NCBI GenBank assembly: GCA_043798375.1
Contig: JAZDOS010000042.1
Coordinates: 5,037-69,036 of the forward strand
Source: Candidatus Omnitrophota bacterium
GTDB taxonomy: Bacteria > Omnitrophota > Gorgyraeia > 2-01-FULL-45-10
Reading direction: 5' to 3'
DNA length: 64,000 bases
Shown here: positions 15,001 to 23,400 of the stretch, in pieces
How the letters are laid out: the number at the start of each line of letters is the position of its first letter
Position numbering within the stretch: position 1 is the stretch's first letter
Position numbers and translations under genes: made by a program
Notes under the pieces: model-generated
What the model was told of the DNA's origin: nothing
The model's input: only the letters and a program-made list of their open reading frames with translations
Databases searched by the model: none

Positions 15001-17108
15001 ACGCGCCGATAATCGTTGCCGACCTGGACGGAACGATAACGGAACCTAATGAGCCGATATCCGAGGAGAACGCCAGGGCGATCATCAGGCTCGTTAAAAG
15101 CGGCGCCATTTTTGCGGTGTTATCCGGGATAAGTTTTAACAGGGTCAAATATCAATTCCTCGAACCTATGGTTAGTTACCTGACAACTCCCGAAGAAAGA
15201 GATATTTTAAAAGGCATCCCTATCGCAAGCGATAATGGAACTCAGGTTTATCAGTATGATACCGAGGCCGGCGGATTCGAATGCGTCTGGGCCAAAGACA
15301 TGGCTGAAGTTTTAGGAAAAGACAGGTATAGCCGGGCAGTGCAGGTTCTTAATAGATGCGCCGATGAGCTCAATATCAGGCAGATGCTGGGCAAGGTGAT
15401 GAACCGGGAATTTGATGATGAAGACTGGCAGGAGTTTCGAAGGGATCATATCATAGATAAAAGAAAGGTAAAGATCGGAAAAGATCACGATTATAAAAAT
15501 ATTGTTACGCAGATATCATTTATGGTTGTCGGCAATGAGGCTTCGCCGGAGGAAAAGGACCTGTTTTCCGAAGCGGACAAAGGCGTAGAGGCTGTCATCA
15601 GGAATCCTTATGCCGAATATATAAAGGAAGAGCTGCGTAAGGAAGGCATAGAGCTTGAAGTGACCGTTTCCGGCAAGAGCTCGATAGATATTACACTGCC
15701 GGGAGCGGATAAAGGTTCCGGTATCATGACGATAGCGGGGCGTTTAAGAGCATCCAGAGATATCATGATATTCTTCGGAGACGCCTTCAGGGCCAATGAC
15801 GGGCCGGCCCTCAAATCTGTCAAAAGAGCGGTGAACTTTGGACAGGCCGTGGATTTTAAAAGATTGCCTTACGATACGGAAGGATTAGAATCGGCGCAGT
15901 TTCCCGGCACAGGGCCCCGCGGCTTTAGGCTGTTGGCCGACAAACTGGCGCGCCGACTCGAGGAGCATAAGAGAGAGCCTGTAACCGGGAAGAAATTAAT
16001 CAACGGGCCTGCCGAAATCGCCGTATTGGTACCGGCCAAACTCGAAAAAGCCGCTATTAATGCCCTGGAACCGGGCGCGATAGTAACCAAAGACCGGGAA
16101 ATTTTCGACGAGCTTACCGGTACCGGCACCCCGGGCATCATCCTGACGGAAGGCATGACCGAATCCTATTTAGGCAGTGATAACTTCAGGCTGTCGGTCC
16201 AGGCGATTCAGGCGATCGCTGCCGACAAGAACGGCGAGAAGCTTCGCAGGTTCGTCAACTTCCTCAAGAAGAAGTTACAGCTCATGGATAGATTCGATAT
16301 CGATACAGCCAGGCAGAAACTCTTATCCGCCGGCGAGGGGGTGTCTATGTATACAAAGAGAATAAACGCGATACTTCCCGCTCTCTTACGCGAACAGCAG
16401 GCCAGGTTGGCTATGGCGTACAGCACGATGTCTCTACCCGAGGCTCAATTCAATAACCAGGTTGTTGTAGCTACCACAGACACAATAGCCGAAAACGACA
16501 TCTACTTTTTCGACAGGATCATAAAGGCCTCCGAAAAAGGCATTGTCAGCCCGATCATCTACGGGGATAGACTGAAGACTCCGGAGGAGGCCGCGGCATT
16601 TGCCAGGGCAGGCCTGCGCGTCCAGGGCATCAGCGAAGGAAGGATCGATGAGGCCATGAAATCTATAATATTCGTCGATAAATATCTCCGCAAGGACGAC
16701 GGCTCTAATGCGCCGAAATCGCGCAACGACATCGTCATGGAGATACAGCGCGAGGTGTTCAAGAGCTTCGGGACAACCCCCGACCTGTATAACGATATCG
16801 GTATCAGGGCGATCGAGGGTGAACTGCAGGAAGGCAGAGAGACTCCGCTGCTCGGAAAACTTGTAGAGATAAAACCCGTAACCATAAATGGTGAGAAAGT
16901 CTACGTTTCGATCAACACCTATGAGATCACATTGGAAGTCGTGACTAAACTGAAAGGGACTATGACGCTCGAAGGCCTGGCTATACCCGGCCTTAAGATA
17001 GATGAACGCGGCAGGATCATATTCACGTCTCCGATCGTGCCCTACGATTACAATAAGGAGATCGGCGCGTATAGAGACGCGATAGCGCTACTCGCGAGCG
17101 CGGCATAA
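99..17108 (+). CDS. Giant multidomain membrane protein (>=5669 aa). The reading frame is open from nt 3 to the GTG at 99, so the gene probably continues upstream of the window. Roughly 1000 aa of novel soluble N-terminal region, then about 20 predicted TM helices in three clusters (nt ~3290-9600), then a soluble C-terminal half with HEXXH, HD, DUF692-like, HIT-like and HAD-like segments
   Basis: Uninterrupted 17 kb ORF with only short spurious ORFs on the other five frames. Hydrophobic helices such as GLPAVIFALMGNAGYAADIAA and GPWIWILGAGLMLLSL. Motifs RHEFAH, HVGR..(32 aa)..ALHDVGG, CPLC...HRHYHWQV, DLDGTI...GDAFRANDG. Confidence 0.8.
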   Translation: MERTVMYEKDRLLFKVSTDLIKGETEVIRLYKSKEVNGVTYNNVYETLLYDKSGKEIFRKYHKITFDRRYRDRDIWTFLWSKGEVRDKVHNYKDNTDRLVVYLQTKEIKLTPESTRIVTETKEWTDNETGLSHFVKIITTKDMFGNVIKIDSEWRAKDPKKGDIWSDMGKPMEYYYEIITAETKELKRNGSAAAVVYSDAEGNLFANFAKGPHGRPRNGVAIPKGARWIVQTKRDTVRREESFGIYDAYAKPVYQDIDTGYFGNGFVNQVLIYDPENSTMEEHALFREKDEDRGTDREIDILDKHSTKVTYHNSEIADTWLLLSEISKKRMYWTEYEYDIDRALSRSYAGDKPVRSRTYDLLLPEGRKSNKMEKGALIENMAYIYDGRSQSRLIIDLSDRRGPDGAKIAPEEPFREGEVVTGLITPLDIETLWREAEEFETQKWRAPIIIGKDGAVWIDTVKGSLVVYRVRLDPNLYVTVHLEKGPAGKYSVKKAYIGRGVYEFYGVHGKRRVRELFSIDEKFININPGTGSCEVDRDTGYAVIINPETKKSVKVDITKDLGDMAPAMYLYDAADPSLAYCIPLTGSDFENGYFYLNRMLLAGGNKPMARLKLVPGSGNTRQDFAKIQEKVRSDKPSAEVTGLPGGFARVDWIYATPEPPASYRDTGLPTVVAITGIEQGIKAGRTKLYASPIDENTQEISKSLGTRYLVRNKSARRMSLNTQGIEKIGSLKNARTAGGVPISAFSGVQTMPVEEDVHWEKTDVTEENILPLSQETGEHLTLNDKGSKVVQYYTPDDRRLKTEYEIGTSKNAMNLVLGALSGLKDPIFKSKADIEILDCIYTTARTNSLNSIKKLREFIINAIAVKDAFEKVTGKVPVTAESAGNILYYTRALMIGDPLTGEIAVRTADDMKSFESNLAALSDAVLKAFKNFDKEAKTQKMRDFIGFDTDEGKFVLGKLVHWAKNKKDFVFEDFLASFNGIIRYEKEVNDYFKARYATAAQEGKAAKLPAQSRFEIFADKITSFASQTAGLSSGDKKTFLEVQTERLDKKDYKKTQEKIKAKTRFAPALKWLGLPAVIFALMGNAGYAADIAAKPIANVIDIPGDIIGIFTHAPYFSLAVAGILIAALIWRIYKTGIDENRYWSTRQQLYAWKTPPRQGQPLCNPNPAYARMWDEMGAGIAEMRRAMWDIYRTLEPFRVMFYEPNSPLYGRDTGPHIPAYRYGPWTFLTFAAGAGLTVVNIWKAAQTGLSIGYGPWIWILGAGLMLLSLINGYKFIADMALIISPSLRQRRRMLALQIMESEIAVQRRYFTSLINSGGYGFTADQWRELLKFPAHVPFGEPDDQKEIRTQYISFMEYLDYCDEWVKFLKERKDYRVFARLQYPPDQQRHDVMPTFYTQGPEYYMAHTPGIAPITTIMPGNEQDHPGYPIIGEADARNGFRRYANTTRLPIPQLGRVRNPYADPVEPLVPLNNIYVYLAHIRERARQANALGNIGLVTEREEVVAELSIGAVSGRYGPGPESTSYPKLFWKRHLWHSMIFLGVAAAITKAAYGFRLHLAALKIAEDMPIMTPMAFTSAEIIAAVIGFLTIVGIFKYLLFGAASAERPRRIMALGALGGIGYFLYSYCSEPIIKIARLFDRILPDSAHNIFDYLAQPQVLPYTIIVLGAAAAIIGIYYLVVSSGEQSNEVRDQDILDHTPDHLLRGILNRAIQDAINEGKDRNLPGIVRNRPAGRRLIGDNEDVRAIFREISGSYKGLSKASRLVRNEPLSDWITYRIRMSSRTGEGHALASVMEVADIVNNVRERGRIIQVLAAHGFNVQGLPADPPVDRRSGRATNMDIAERLTLADMDRIVNDPAIAHEIFEAVVLMDTVFGNAAAQVRATLESATNSYHGRVDIALSMDDDDPGVDAIRQAMQPGGILAPYADNIIIYTGSNWGSNLGKNQRKARMKPVLDVETVKYLKKIYGERRAACPDYKLPGFVELVDQEDRLGALLLKSKTLLWKMYDRTVSDEIAGRRNSGDRRRWGIKFNGLGGAQWKLRLTYYLTTARLRIAAWGAAPDADGDARERAAFMLNAFRQVYANADYFAESEFRTRSVPAIIQSELRLVSDKSPAHAYMSHSDYLLWHTKIQVGQTNNGFLFLGGTGNGFLWDMIAGEELDGSGRALCYLNDRARLQDMLFPLRQNIEREETRMAEFYAGFPLPIRLMFHIIVHPIRSIFDPSVKRTRVPSGLLRNYLNTYNISGAWDLYNIIEDSELGRRLPLYQLKATRLVGPFTQILEDLLPVMGAPWWRQRSRWIIMQTFAVTIAHPAAFFMFFGQYIGLALGWMMFGSANGFILQGLGAGLAGFVIGGFAFYYIGHIVNGLLILAGWKRNAQWQVDPVKAMGYWRFQHVAHLAAATPAVVATTLTLILTILYGIATVGNVPGLEFMGGGLGAFIVDAVRFLQVYVPFVNGWLPTVFIGAIVFFIPPFMQVIQGMIATLQYDIQDEESTTESIRVYLTEAGDTPMIGIADMHADTINTNIVVPGRVIAGHYSRFSDDEFVINFLNMYIREAAAACNHAVVGMPNNAFGWADLNRNWRNGLDPANPDHIQIYRRALTEAIDFAHGLITKIRGDVRFSWKFFAFGAALFIVSNYLMSTGWFYAALGNYALWTGLAIMIAAILTQVVSRVPRARKSIYRLSSIGRRPYHAYHYFIRQILMLPYYMNLIIAGILSLFMTVDRYQGENFWTRGRQGLQPPRYGERGSLRQYRNILSNWLSTNWLILALLFVPIYIIVGDPMVKVHLKPKMIGRQITLEIEREYQNHISGDYNLDSSEIYGILRSDPYIYVQNGWVEGKIKVFDEYLANHIRSGNAESLKSAETTLAWIVEGIRAGQDYIKSEGGDDAEAIKGFEELAEIFFALCAKYNILDLYYQVLPAKPEVIDAAKFKIETDNAEARITKTGKDGSFELKCSIDGNVSGNAGYVIVKADLPDSVDMAGKEFIVDYGISGGQIGNRTIQSMVIDGNGNTYFNPLSNKLLKDSASVRPEKQPAEQWLSEKDRSRVFNRQNIRTVLIKIGGNAAGDCPNLVIRFGAPRIQIRPSFVTGIGSPDIKSSMNRAVEQRAGKAKKARNLEPVRPLGILTGGLAVGSLIGLGIITLLNTHAGANINPWLSLGIGLGLSIAGFIIEASRHSRARMNKHNVDSIRKSQAGFMYPNGWAKFGDFDEFAALKPVLEYLGIPEDMVRPYTWTAAEMPTNWLTAFMELFKTSPPRIATVKTEIDDEGNVRKYIEITPSLLLPGNELYLEQILRHEFAHLGGAGEIGATWAERGLLRTIYNIPPLVMDALLPGEEAGVFNIPAPELLEKFNHGFLLKHVGRATVISMRIGRELGLSEEEMKLLEYASALHDVGGDPRALNEKKFSEYSERIKQAADEKSIKKAADKLVERAASSMGIAVPEDIGARYELFKTGLAAIARLSRHEIAQNEELLNSIFDVPSNTLKILRKNNIVISPDLEVLLKYHADYAGFVKDKPAFSIPADRMRMLLSILYLTDMFEHGNNRFTQLVQRGKDRVENFPETFTFIEGMFAAAGMLERCNREPVDALVKLVRAEDPAIMKAVTAARETVEAGEAAKICETFNRANIIPSFTLNASRDFKDQESDFRKGLEVLRAIFTGSSVTTQYSFEDQCRDERELARIKSTPEYRADKRTFHLKILNDKRRIVDGKPKRYELNLSSPDTKELIENKGSVLYQIVEELQPEYVSVHISAPMEEREFGTDDRPYEVGISPLLSREEVLNRFVDRINTLQDNLKTIGHNNPVLVESLDYHDAALTKGAYEYITEPAFIREVLARTGAHFLADCAHMYVSAKNTHLGRPDYDYMEYVKQIIDEDTIALVDEAHLTVPAYDAKTGQWQDVHLPFYTDSVEAGDVKNILRYIFELRAKKGITKPIIVNFESDSNETDMKNSQKDITALADFFRPHQNARMAMEYESMKDLSNPFDAVKMQKSRGLFEWDDAAGAWDWKQGDGITLLLGLPFEGPIQQNMGEIENALSSLEPDAKKLYLMKIENFHLTAAALTENTLEVSQDPAVEKEILRRLSAVRSLIQGQGAVKLKFHYKDLTITPGGEIVALGFVENDNLFAIRDKLHFRGISSHYTDIVHMTIGRIFDENISPERLAEYKRLIEALREKKDERGNPAVLADLTIDNANLWDQRGATSELRYGRSHSPIPLEARPEIQPNAPPIVVKTAPQVTIESFTSERGPSTAMAVARLKASEVTVYPVFQRNIKSSRGMQRDRATMHFGYQLEGGKFQDVDDEAPDYEHVRKDIWTIEEHLAEFRKKHPDVEIIGFVGNGNILANTGLSASVMWVERKLWATEQEKELIYNGNSRNYPSLILWKENGRYSAEEVKFTREGRIIQASTDKDITEDVIFTNSGVGLLKQGPGRETAPYDLAAHCWHDSDVRHYLDFPFRKTNTGKYIHFGVDQFYDSKGNVVTALLSPAIDEEPITLKLEENKIPLDNYDIVALEAGLKEKGYEPAASRDEVAYGSYFIAQDLGEIKIGFFRGINPHNICGVDSKGNLIWVIVSGKSNRIGITFKEAQKKLKEMGAASAVIFDNGADAMMNIDNSYVIPSFQGRDRILSILVFGKRAPPDTRPQAPAEADFAAAKFEDVTLKDGSKFSLAYLPWRGKYKAAAAQVLEKRPDKTRPISPYDHDKAICPLCSPIIADEKAYNGEGRQYIIVVNTSPFAEDHALFASREPLPQIITTPKQIEDIAGYMSEKGEGREAIFNGFDPNRTSLAHRHYHWQVFKRSSTIWENYAKGVLNTRYSEEESTKTVRVEYSANKAFSVKIVIGTDIKKISEILLKDIRVIESKSLIPMINFRIIDGKYAFALQAGTEERPASLVRLDEESHAGIGAAEHSGYIITDTEKLFDTLKDSPELIKNILIDSQAPIEEVLGSADTNPPALPGTRGLEPVEGPAQAIKQFNDMASGIMDRGYAPIIVADLDGTITEPNEPISEENARAIIRLVKSGAIFAVLSGISFNRVKYQFLEPMVSYLTTPEERDILKGIPIASDNGTQVYQYDTEAGGFECVWAKDMAEVLGKDRYSRAVQVLNRCADELNIRQMLGKVMNREFDDEDWQEFRRDHIIDKRKVKIGKDHDYKNIVTQISFMVVGNEASPEEKDLFSEADKGVEAVIRNPYAEYIKEELRKEGIELEVTVSGKSSIDITLPGADKGSGIMTIAGRLRASRDIMIFFGDAFRANDGPALKSVKRAVNFGQAVDFKRLPYDTEGLESAQFPGTGPRGFRLLADKLARRLEEHKREPVTGKKLINGPAEIAVLVPAKLEKAAINALEPGAIVTKDREIFDELTGTGTPGIILTEGMTESYLGSDNFRLSVQAIQAIAADKNGEKLRRFVNFLKKKLQLMDRFDIDTARQKLLSAGEGVSMYTKRINAILPALLREQQARLAMAYSTMSLPEAQFNNQVVVATTDTIAENDIYFFDRIIKASEKGIVSPIIYGDRLKTPEEAAAFARAGLRVQGISEGRIDEAMKSIIFVDKYLRKDDGSNAPKSRNDIVMEIQREVFKSFGTTPDLYNDIGIRAIEGELQEGRETPLLGKLVEIKPVTINGEKVYVSINTYEITLEVVTKLKGTMTLEGLAIPGLKIDERGRIIFTSPIVPYDYNKEIGAYRDAIALLASAA
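10130..10620 (+). other. HD-domain-like segment (metal-dependent phosphohydrolase fold) inside giant protein 1, preceded by a HEXXH (HEFAH) motif at nt 9958-9981
   Basis: FLLKHVGRATVISMRIGRELGLSEEEMKLLEYASALHDVGG has the H...HD spacing typical of HD domains. Confidence 0.5.
11300..11800 (+). other. Possible DUF692 (MbnB/TglH-like TIM-barrel) segment inside giant protein 1
   Basis: AHFLADCAHMYVSAKNTHLGRPDYDYMEYV...DEAHLTVP resembles the DUF692 motif LLLDxxNLYvsAxNhgfDp..yl..lp...V.eiHlAG. Judged by eye only. Confidence 0.3.
14130..14450 (+). other. HIT/GalT-like nucleotide-binding segment inside giant protein 1
   Basis: CPLC near the N-terminus and the HRHYHWQV histidine-triad-like motif (HxHxHxx), with hydrophobic beta strands in between. 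Confidence 0.4.
15000..15830 (+). other. HAD-superfamily (Cof/IIB-type sugar-phosphatase-like) domain inside giant protein 1
   Basis: Motif I IIVADLDGTITEP, motif II SGISFN, Lys motif KGSGIM, motif IV FFGDAFRANDG. Confidence 0.6.
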
Positions 17109-17118
17109 CGTTCTTAAT

Positions 17119-17265
17119 CTAACCTGGTTAATCTAACCAGGTTAGATTGCTTATCCTCGCCCTATATAAGGTAAGGCCAAGCTGCCTTATAATTGGCGAG
17201 GATAGGCTGCTTAACCATGTTCAACCTCGTAGGTTGAACCTACGAGGTTGAACATGGTTAGGTTA
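17119..17265 (+). terminator. Three consecutive strong hairpins after giant gene 1. The stems are 14 bp, about 9 bp nested, and a perfect 21 bp with a 5-nt loop
   Basis: aatctaacctggtt/aaccaggttagatt; atcctcgcc...ggcgaggat; aaccatgttcaacctcgtagg ttgaa cctacgaggttgaacatggtt. Confidence 0.5.
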
Positions 17266-17287
17266 TAAAAAAGTAAGAATTAATGGC

Positions 17288-17316
17288 TTGACAGTTTAAA
17301 TAAACAGAGCTATACT
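17288..17316 (+). promoter_or_regulatory. Consensus sigma70-type promoter for giant gene 2: TTGACA, 17-nt spacer, TATACT
   Basis: ttgaca at 17288-17293 and tatact at 17311-17316, which is 96 nt upstream of the ATG and aaggag RBS. Confidence 0.5.
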
Positions 17317-17354
17317 TTTATTACTTTAACAGCTCTTATTTGTTACATATATAA

Positions 17355-17386
17355 CCTCAAAGGTTGCCTTTAGGCAACCTTTGAGG
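17355..17386 (+). repeat. 5'-leader hairpin of the AGGTTGCC/GGCAACCT palindrome family, between the promoter and RBS of giant gene 2
   Basis: cctcaaaggttgcc ttta ggcaacctttgagg. The same core recurs at 48304-48341 and 57415-57542. Confidence 0.7.
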
Positions 17387-17411
17387 TTGGCAAATTGTAA
17401 GGAGATAAAAT

Positions 17412-20400
17412 ATGATATTCAGGAAAACAATTTCGGTTTTTGTAATCTTCACATTTCTGTTCTCGAACGTCGCTTTTGCCGTACCGGCTAAATCCAACAT
17501 TGAACTCGCAGGGAATAATGAGACGGTCACGACCCCCGAGAGCATAGTTGTACCGCGTGATTTCGGGCTTGTTAAGAGTAAATTTAACGGCAACTCCGGC
17601 AAACTTATAGTCCACATCCAGGACGCGCACTGTAATTATGAAGCCCAGTCTAATATCGTTAAAATATTGGAGGGATTGGTAAAGAATTACTCTTTTGGCC
17701 TGGTGGCGGTGGAAGGCGCCGACGGTTTCATCGACACTTCGTGGTTCAAGGCGTTCCCGGACGATGAGGTGAGAAAAGAGGTCGCCGATTATTTCATGAA
17801 GAAGGGCGAGATCACCGGCCCCGAATTTCTCTCCATCACCACAAACCTGCCGTTTAAACTATTCGGCGCCGAAACCCGCTCCTATTACATCCAGAACCTG
17901 AACGCGTTTACCTCAAGTTACCCATTAAAAGACGAAACCGAAAAATATTTCAACTCTATCAAAGCCGTTTTAAACCGTTTAAAAGGCTTTATATACAGCG
18001 AAGAGCTTAAGGTTCTCGATACAAAGATTCAGGATTACGAATCGAAGAAACTTCAGTTCAATGATTATATCAGATTCCTGCAGGCGATAGCCGAAAAACA
18101 TAAGATAAATTTAAGAAGCTACGATAATTTCTTCAGGCTCGTGAGCGTCCTCATATATGAAAAGAAGATAGATTTTAATATCACCGACAAGGAGAGAAGC
18201 GCGCTGATTGATGAATTAAGCAAGGCCGTCGCCAAAGACCAGCTTCAGCAGCTCGTAACGCAGTCCATATCATTCAAATCAGGTAAAATTTCATCCGCCG
18301 AATATTACGCGTATCTGAAGAACCTCGCCGCCGCGAACGGCATTGATCTTTCGAAGAAATACCCCAATCTTTATAACTATATAATATATAACGCCGTCTA
18401 CTCCAAAATAGAGAATGAAAAATTATTCCAGGATTTAAAGAAGATAGAGATCGCGGTCAAAGAGAAGCTCTTTGCCAACGATGACCAGAGAGCGCTCGAA
18501 AAACTCTCCCGCCACATCGACATACTTCTCGGCCTCATCAATATAAAGCTCATGAACGGCGATTTCGATTACTACCAGGCCGATAAGAGCGAGTTTACAT
18601 CGGAATATTTCGAGGATTTCATAAAGAAGAAGGTTATCCAGTTCGGCCTTGCCTATGATGTAATGGCGCCAACCGAGGCAGTCGCGCAAAGCATACCGAA
18701 ATTAGAGGATTTCTACTCAATAGCCATAAAGCGCGACAAGGCGCTCGTCGATAACACGCTCGACGCGATGAAGAAAGAGAAACAGAACATCGCGGTCCTT
18801 GTGACAGGCGGCTTCCACTCAGAAGGCATAGCCAAACTCCTCGAAAAGCAGGGCGTCTCCTACATGGTCGTCTGCCCGTCTATCACAAAAGACGTCCCCT
18901 CACCGTACATACAGATACTGACGAATCAACGCACCCCCCTTGAGGACATTCTTATCGGCACCGCCCACGCGAAGGAAGGGATGGTCGCCGCGCCTTCAAG
19001 AGCACAACTTATTACCATGCCGGACAGCGCATTCAAAGACTATGTCGGAAGACTTGAGGCCGGCGAAAAGCTTGCCCTGGCAATAAAGGCTGCAGAAGAA
19101 GAATGGGTGGACGTAACCGTGAGCGGCGCTGAAGGAGCCGCTACACCTGTCGGCAGAGTTAATATCGAAGGGCTCGTCGACCGCTTAAAGGAAGATACGG
19201 GGGCAAGCATTGCCGGTATAGTGAATGAGTTAAGGCACGACCTCCATCAGAGATGCGACAGATTACATTTATCGAAGATCTCAATCGAGCATCTTCTTGC
19301 TCTTCTCGAGGAAAAGCTGACATCGCCAGAGTTTAAAGCCATTACTGACAAATTCGAGGCCGAATACAACGAGCGCGTTGCAAACCGTGCGGCGCTGGAA
19401 GCGCGCCGTAAAGGCGCCGCGGAATCCGGCCGGAAAAGCCCGGGCAGGGACGCAGTAGCGGGAATCGGCGAGCGCGCTTTAAGGGCAGATGAGTTCGGCC
19501 GTTACGACAGCAATCTCGGAGCAAATTTTGAGGCAAGCAGGGTTGAGACAAGAGACGAGGAATTACCGGGCCTCAGGGTCCATGTCCACGGCGATATCAA
19601 CGGCAGTTTCGAGGAAGGAATAGCCGCGCAGAATGACGATGCCCTTCTGAACGGCGGGGCTACGATTCCATTTCCAAGAGTGCATCCCGGGACATACAGA
19701 GGCTCTGCTCTTTCGCGGGAAATCGATGGGCAGATCGAAGAGATCGCTGGGCAGATACATGTAAGCAGGTACATATGGGACAGCGAAAAGATCGCGGATG
19801 TTTCTGACAGTATCAAAATAACCAAAATGGATAAAGAGGTGGTAGGAAACCACGAAAAGGCCCATCTCGATATATTCGCAGGCAAGGGCGATATATTCAG
19901 GCTTTGGCTTCTCTATCTGGAGTACTGCGCGATATATAAGAAATTCGTAGACCAGGAAGACTTTGTAGATAATATTCAGAGCTGGGTAAGCCTTTTGACA
20001 AAATGGGCCAATAAAGGGACAAATGATAAAGGAGATATTGTTAAGGACGCCGAAAACAAGATGCCTATAAAGGAATGGGCGGTGATGAACGGTGTGCCGC
20101 TTGATGCTCGTCCCGGGGATTTCCCGAACTGCAATACCATCGAGATCCGGAAGAAGATAGCGGCATTACAGGCCTTGAGGATATACAAAAGGGCCAGATG
20201 GGCGCTGACCAATATAGACGAGAAAAAAATGAGGATAGCGCTTACCGAGGCCTATGTGCTGGCTGCGAATTACGGCGATGACGAACTGCTCAGTAATATC
20301 ATAAACCTGATCCCCGCACAACCTGGTATGAGGAAAGAGATATGCGGCAGGGCTATACTTCAGATAGCCAAGTGGTATCCGCTATGGATAAGGAAGGACC

Positions 20401-23400
20401 TTTTTAGGACAGCATCCCCGGGAACCATGGAACTTCTGGACCAGTGGCGTACGGAATCAGGCGCGGACCACGAGATAACGCCTAAAGATGTTGTCGCGGT
20501 CATCATGGCCGGCGGCGGCGGAGAAAGGATGTGGCCGCTCAGCGTTACGGAAGACCCCAAACAGATAACCGATATCATTGACGAGAAACTCCTTGTCATG
20601 GCCGTCCGCAGGGTGATAGAGCATCTGGGAAGGAAGAATGTCTACATCCAGACCATCCCAAAGCTTAAAGATAAGATCGTAAAATTGTTAAAGGATGCCG
20701 GTCTGAATATCCCGAAAGAAAATATATTCGCCGAGCCGGAATCTGCGGACACATCAGGCGCGATAGGCTATGCAGCCGCAAAGTTAAAGAGGTTGGGCAG
20801 AGGCAATGACGTGATGTTCGCATGTACCGCCGACCATTATATAGATGTAACCTCACCCGATTTCAGGAGCGCCTATATGCACGCGGCTAAGATAGCCAAG
20901 CACAATCAGGCGATAGGTACGTTGGGCATCGATCCCGAGCCAATAGGCGTATCGGAAGAATACGGCTGTATAAGGAAAGGCGGAGAGACCTTTTATGAAG
21001 GAGGCCATGTAGCCGCTAAGTTCATCGAAAAACCGAAAGGGAAAGACGCGAAAGATATATTCAAGGAAAGACTCCCTGATAATAGCCACGTATGGCTTTA
21101 TAATAGCGGGATGTTCATAGGAAGACCCGATATATTTTTAGAGGCGTTCAGGCAAGTCGCTCCTGTCTACGGCGAGGCGTTCGATGCCATAGCGGACCCG
21201 GAGGCTACGCTGGAGACGGAGGCGAAGGCCTTCAAGCAGTTAGGTGAGAATAAAAAGAAGGGTGGGTTTATTCATTCCGGAGAACCGACAGGATTCCGCA
21301 AGGGCGTATCGGTGGATTATGTATTAGCCCAGCCCGTCTCGAAGATGGAAACCGACAGGATCGCGCTATTTATGGTTGCGGGCACATTCAAATGGAAAGA
21401 TATAGGCAGTTATGCGATGGCCTATGCATATTATAAAGATGATTATCTCGGAACGCCTGACAAAGGAGACGCATCCGCAAAAACAGGTGTCTATAAAGAC
21501 GCAGATAATAATATCGTTGTGAACAAATCCTCCGACATAACACCGGCGCCCTATGTTAATTTTGAAAGCTGCTCAGAATGTTTTGTCATTGCCAATGATC
21601 CTGATGCGAGGATAACGCTTAAGAATCTCACAAGAACGATAGTAATCTATAACCCGACTACAAAATCGGTTATGGTGGCGCCTATTAGCGTAGAAGGCGA
21701 TTCTATAAAGAAGCTTCAGGGCAGGATAGGGGCGAGGGCCGCCTTAAAAGGTTATGTATTGGGCAATTTATCAGGGATTGAGCCGTCAAAAAAGAGAGCG
21801 GTGATTAGGGGCAGGTATGATGATAAGACAAGCTCAATTGTCATGGAAGAAGCTGACCAGAAGAATAATGTTGTCGAAGAGTATCTGCAGGGCAACGGCA
21901 TAATCATCGGATCCGAAGGATGCAGTATATCTGTAGGTGTTGGGCTCGCCACAATTGTTGATATGAAAGACGTCTCTCTGGACGTGCGACAGTCAACCGC
22001 TGACGGCATAAATATATCAGTGGAGAAGAAAGGCCCTGCCGCGGCATCGGCAGGTACGGCAGTTTCCGCGGGGATCACACTCGCGCATCTAGAGACACCT
22101 GCGGAGCGGATAGGGAACACAAGGATGATGCTTGAGCGGCTGGATATAAATCACATTACGCCCGCCGCATATGCCGGCGTTTACGGCGTGAGCGAGGATA
22201 TCGCGAAAACGGAGATAGGTAAGATATACGAAGAAGATATCGATAGAATAATAAAGATCGCGGCAGGCATCTCCAGGCTTAAAATCGATAGGAGCGACCC
22301 CGCTAAAATAGCCCATTTGGACGGCGAGATCGAAAAGCTGCAGAAGACGGTAAAAGATATCGTGCTCGAGAGAAAGAGCCGCGGCACGCTCGTTCCAGGA
22401 TGGATAAGGCTTGTCGTAGAAGGCATAAAAGACAGGGCGGAGTACAAGGAATCTTCACGGGTCAGGAGCGAAACGGTCCGGCTGTGCAATACCGTCTTTG
22501 CCGAATCAAAGGAAAACGAAATATTACAAGATGCCGCCAGGACAGAGAAGGAGCGCATCTTAAAAGATAAAGAGCTTATTACCTTGAGTCCGGCCATATG
22601 CAGGCGCGATTCAGTCAGGGCAGAAGACGCCGAACTTGAATTATCGGATACCATAGCCAATATATTGGGCAAGTCTATGGTGATGCTTATGCTGAAACAG
22701 ACAAAATTGACCGATCCGTCTAAACTAAAAATGGTCGTGGGCAGAGAATCGCGGATCACTGGTCGGCGCATATTATCCGCTTATAAGAGAGGCCTCCTTG
22801 ATATGGGCGCCAATGTTTTGGACATCTCCAAGACGGAGATCGATACCCTTGAAGGAAGGCAGGTAAGCGAGGTGGTAAGTACGCCTCTCATCTATTTTGC
22901 CAATCAGCTTCTCAACCCGTCCTCTGCTACCGAGATAACCGCAAGCCACCTACCTAAAGCCGCAAACGGTATTAAACCGACCATCATGAAAAGGAACGTT
23001 ACAGCGGATGAGATGAAGGTGTGGGAAGAACTGACCCATGATATTATTGACGGGAAGATCAAACCGTCCGGAAACAAGGGAGCCGAGACGAGCGATGCAT
23101 CGGTCTTGGGTTATTACCATTTGATGCTCAGCGCTACCCTGGCCGAAATAATAAATGATGAATCAAATGCCGCAGGACAGGCCCTCGTGAATAAGTGGCG
23201 CCTGGGGAGAAACGATGTCCTTAATAATGGGAAGACTTTAAAACAAGCGCTTGATGATATAAAGAACGAGGTCGCGGCATATATGGGAAGTAATCCTCTG
23301 TGCGGCATGAAGATGGAAATAGACCCCGGCAACGGCTCCATGGGGCCGATAGCGATTCCCTTACTGATAGGCCTTGGAGCAGAAATCCCGGCCGCGCCGA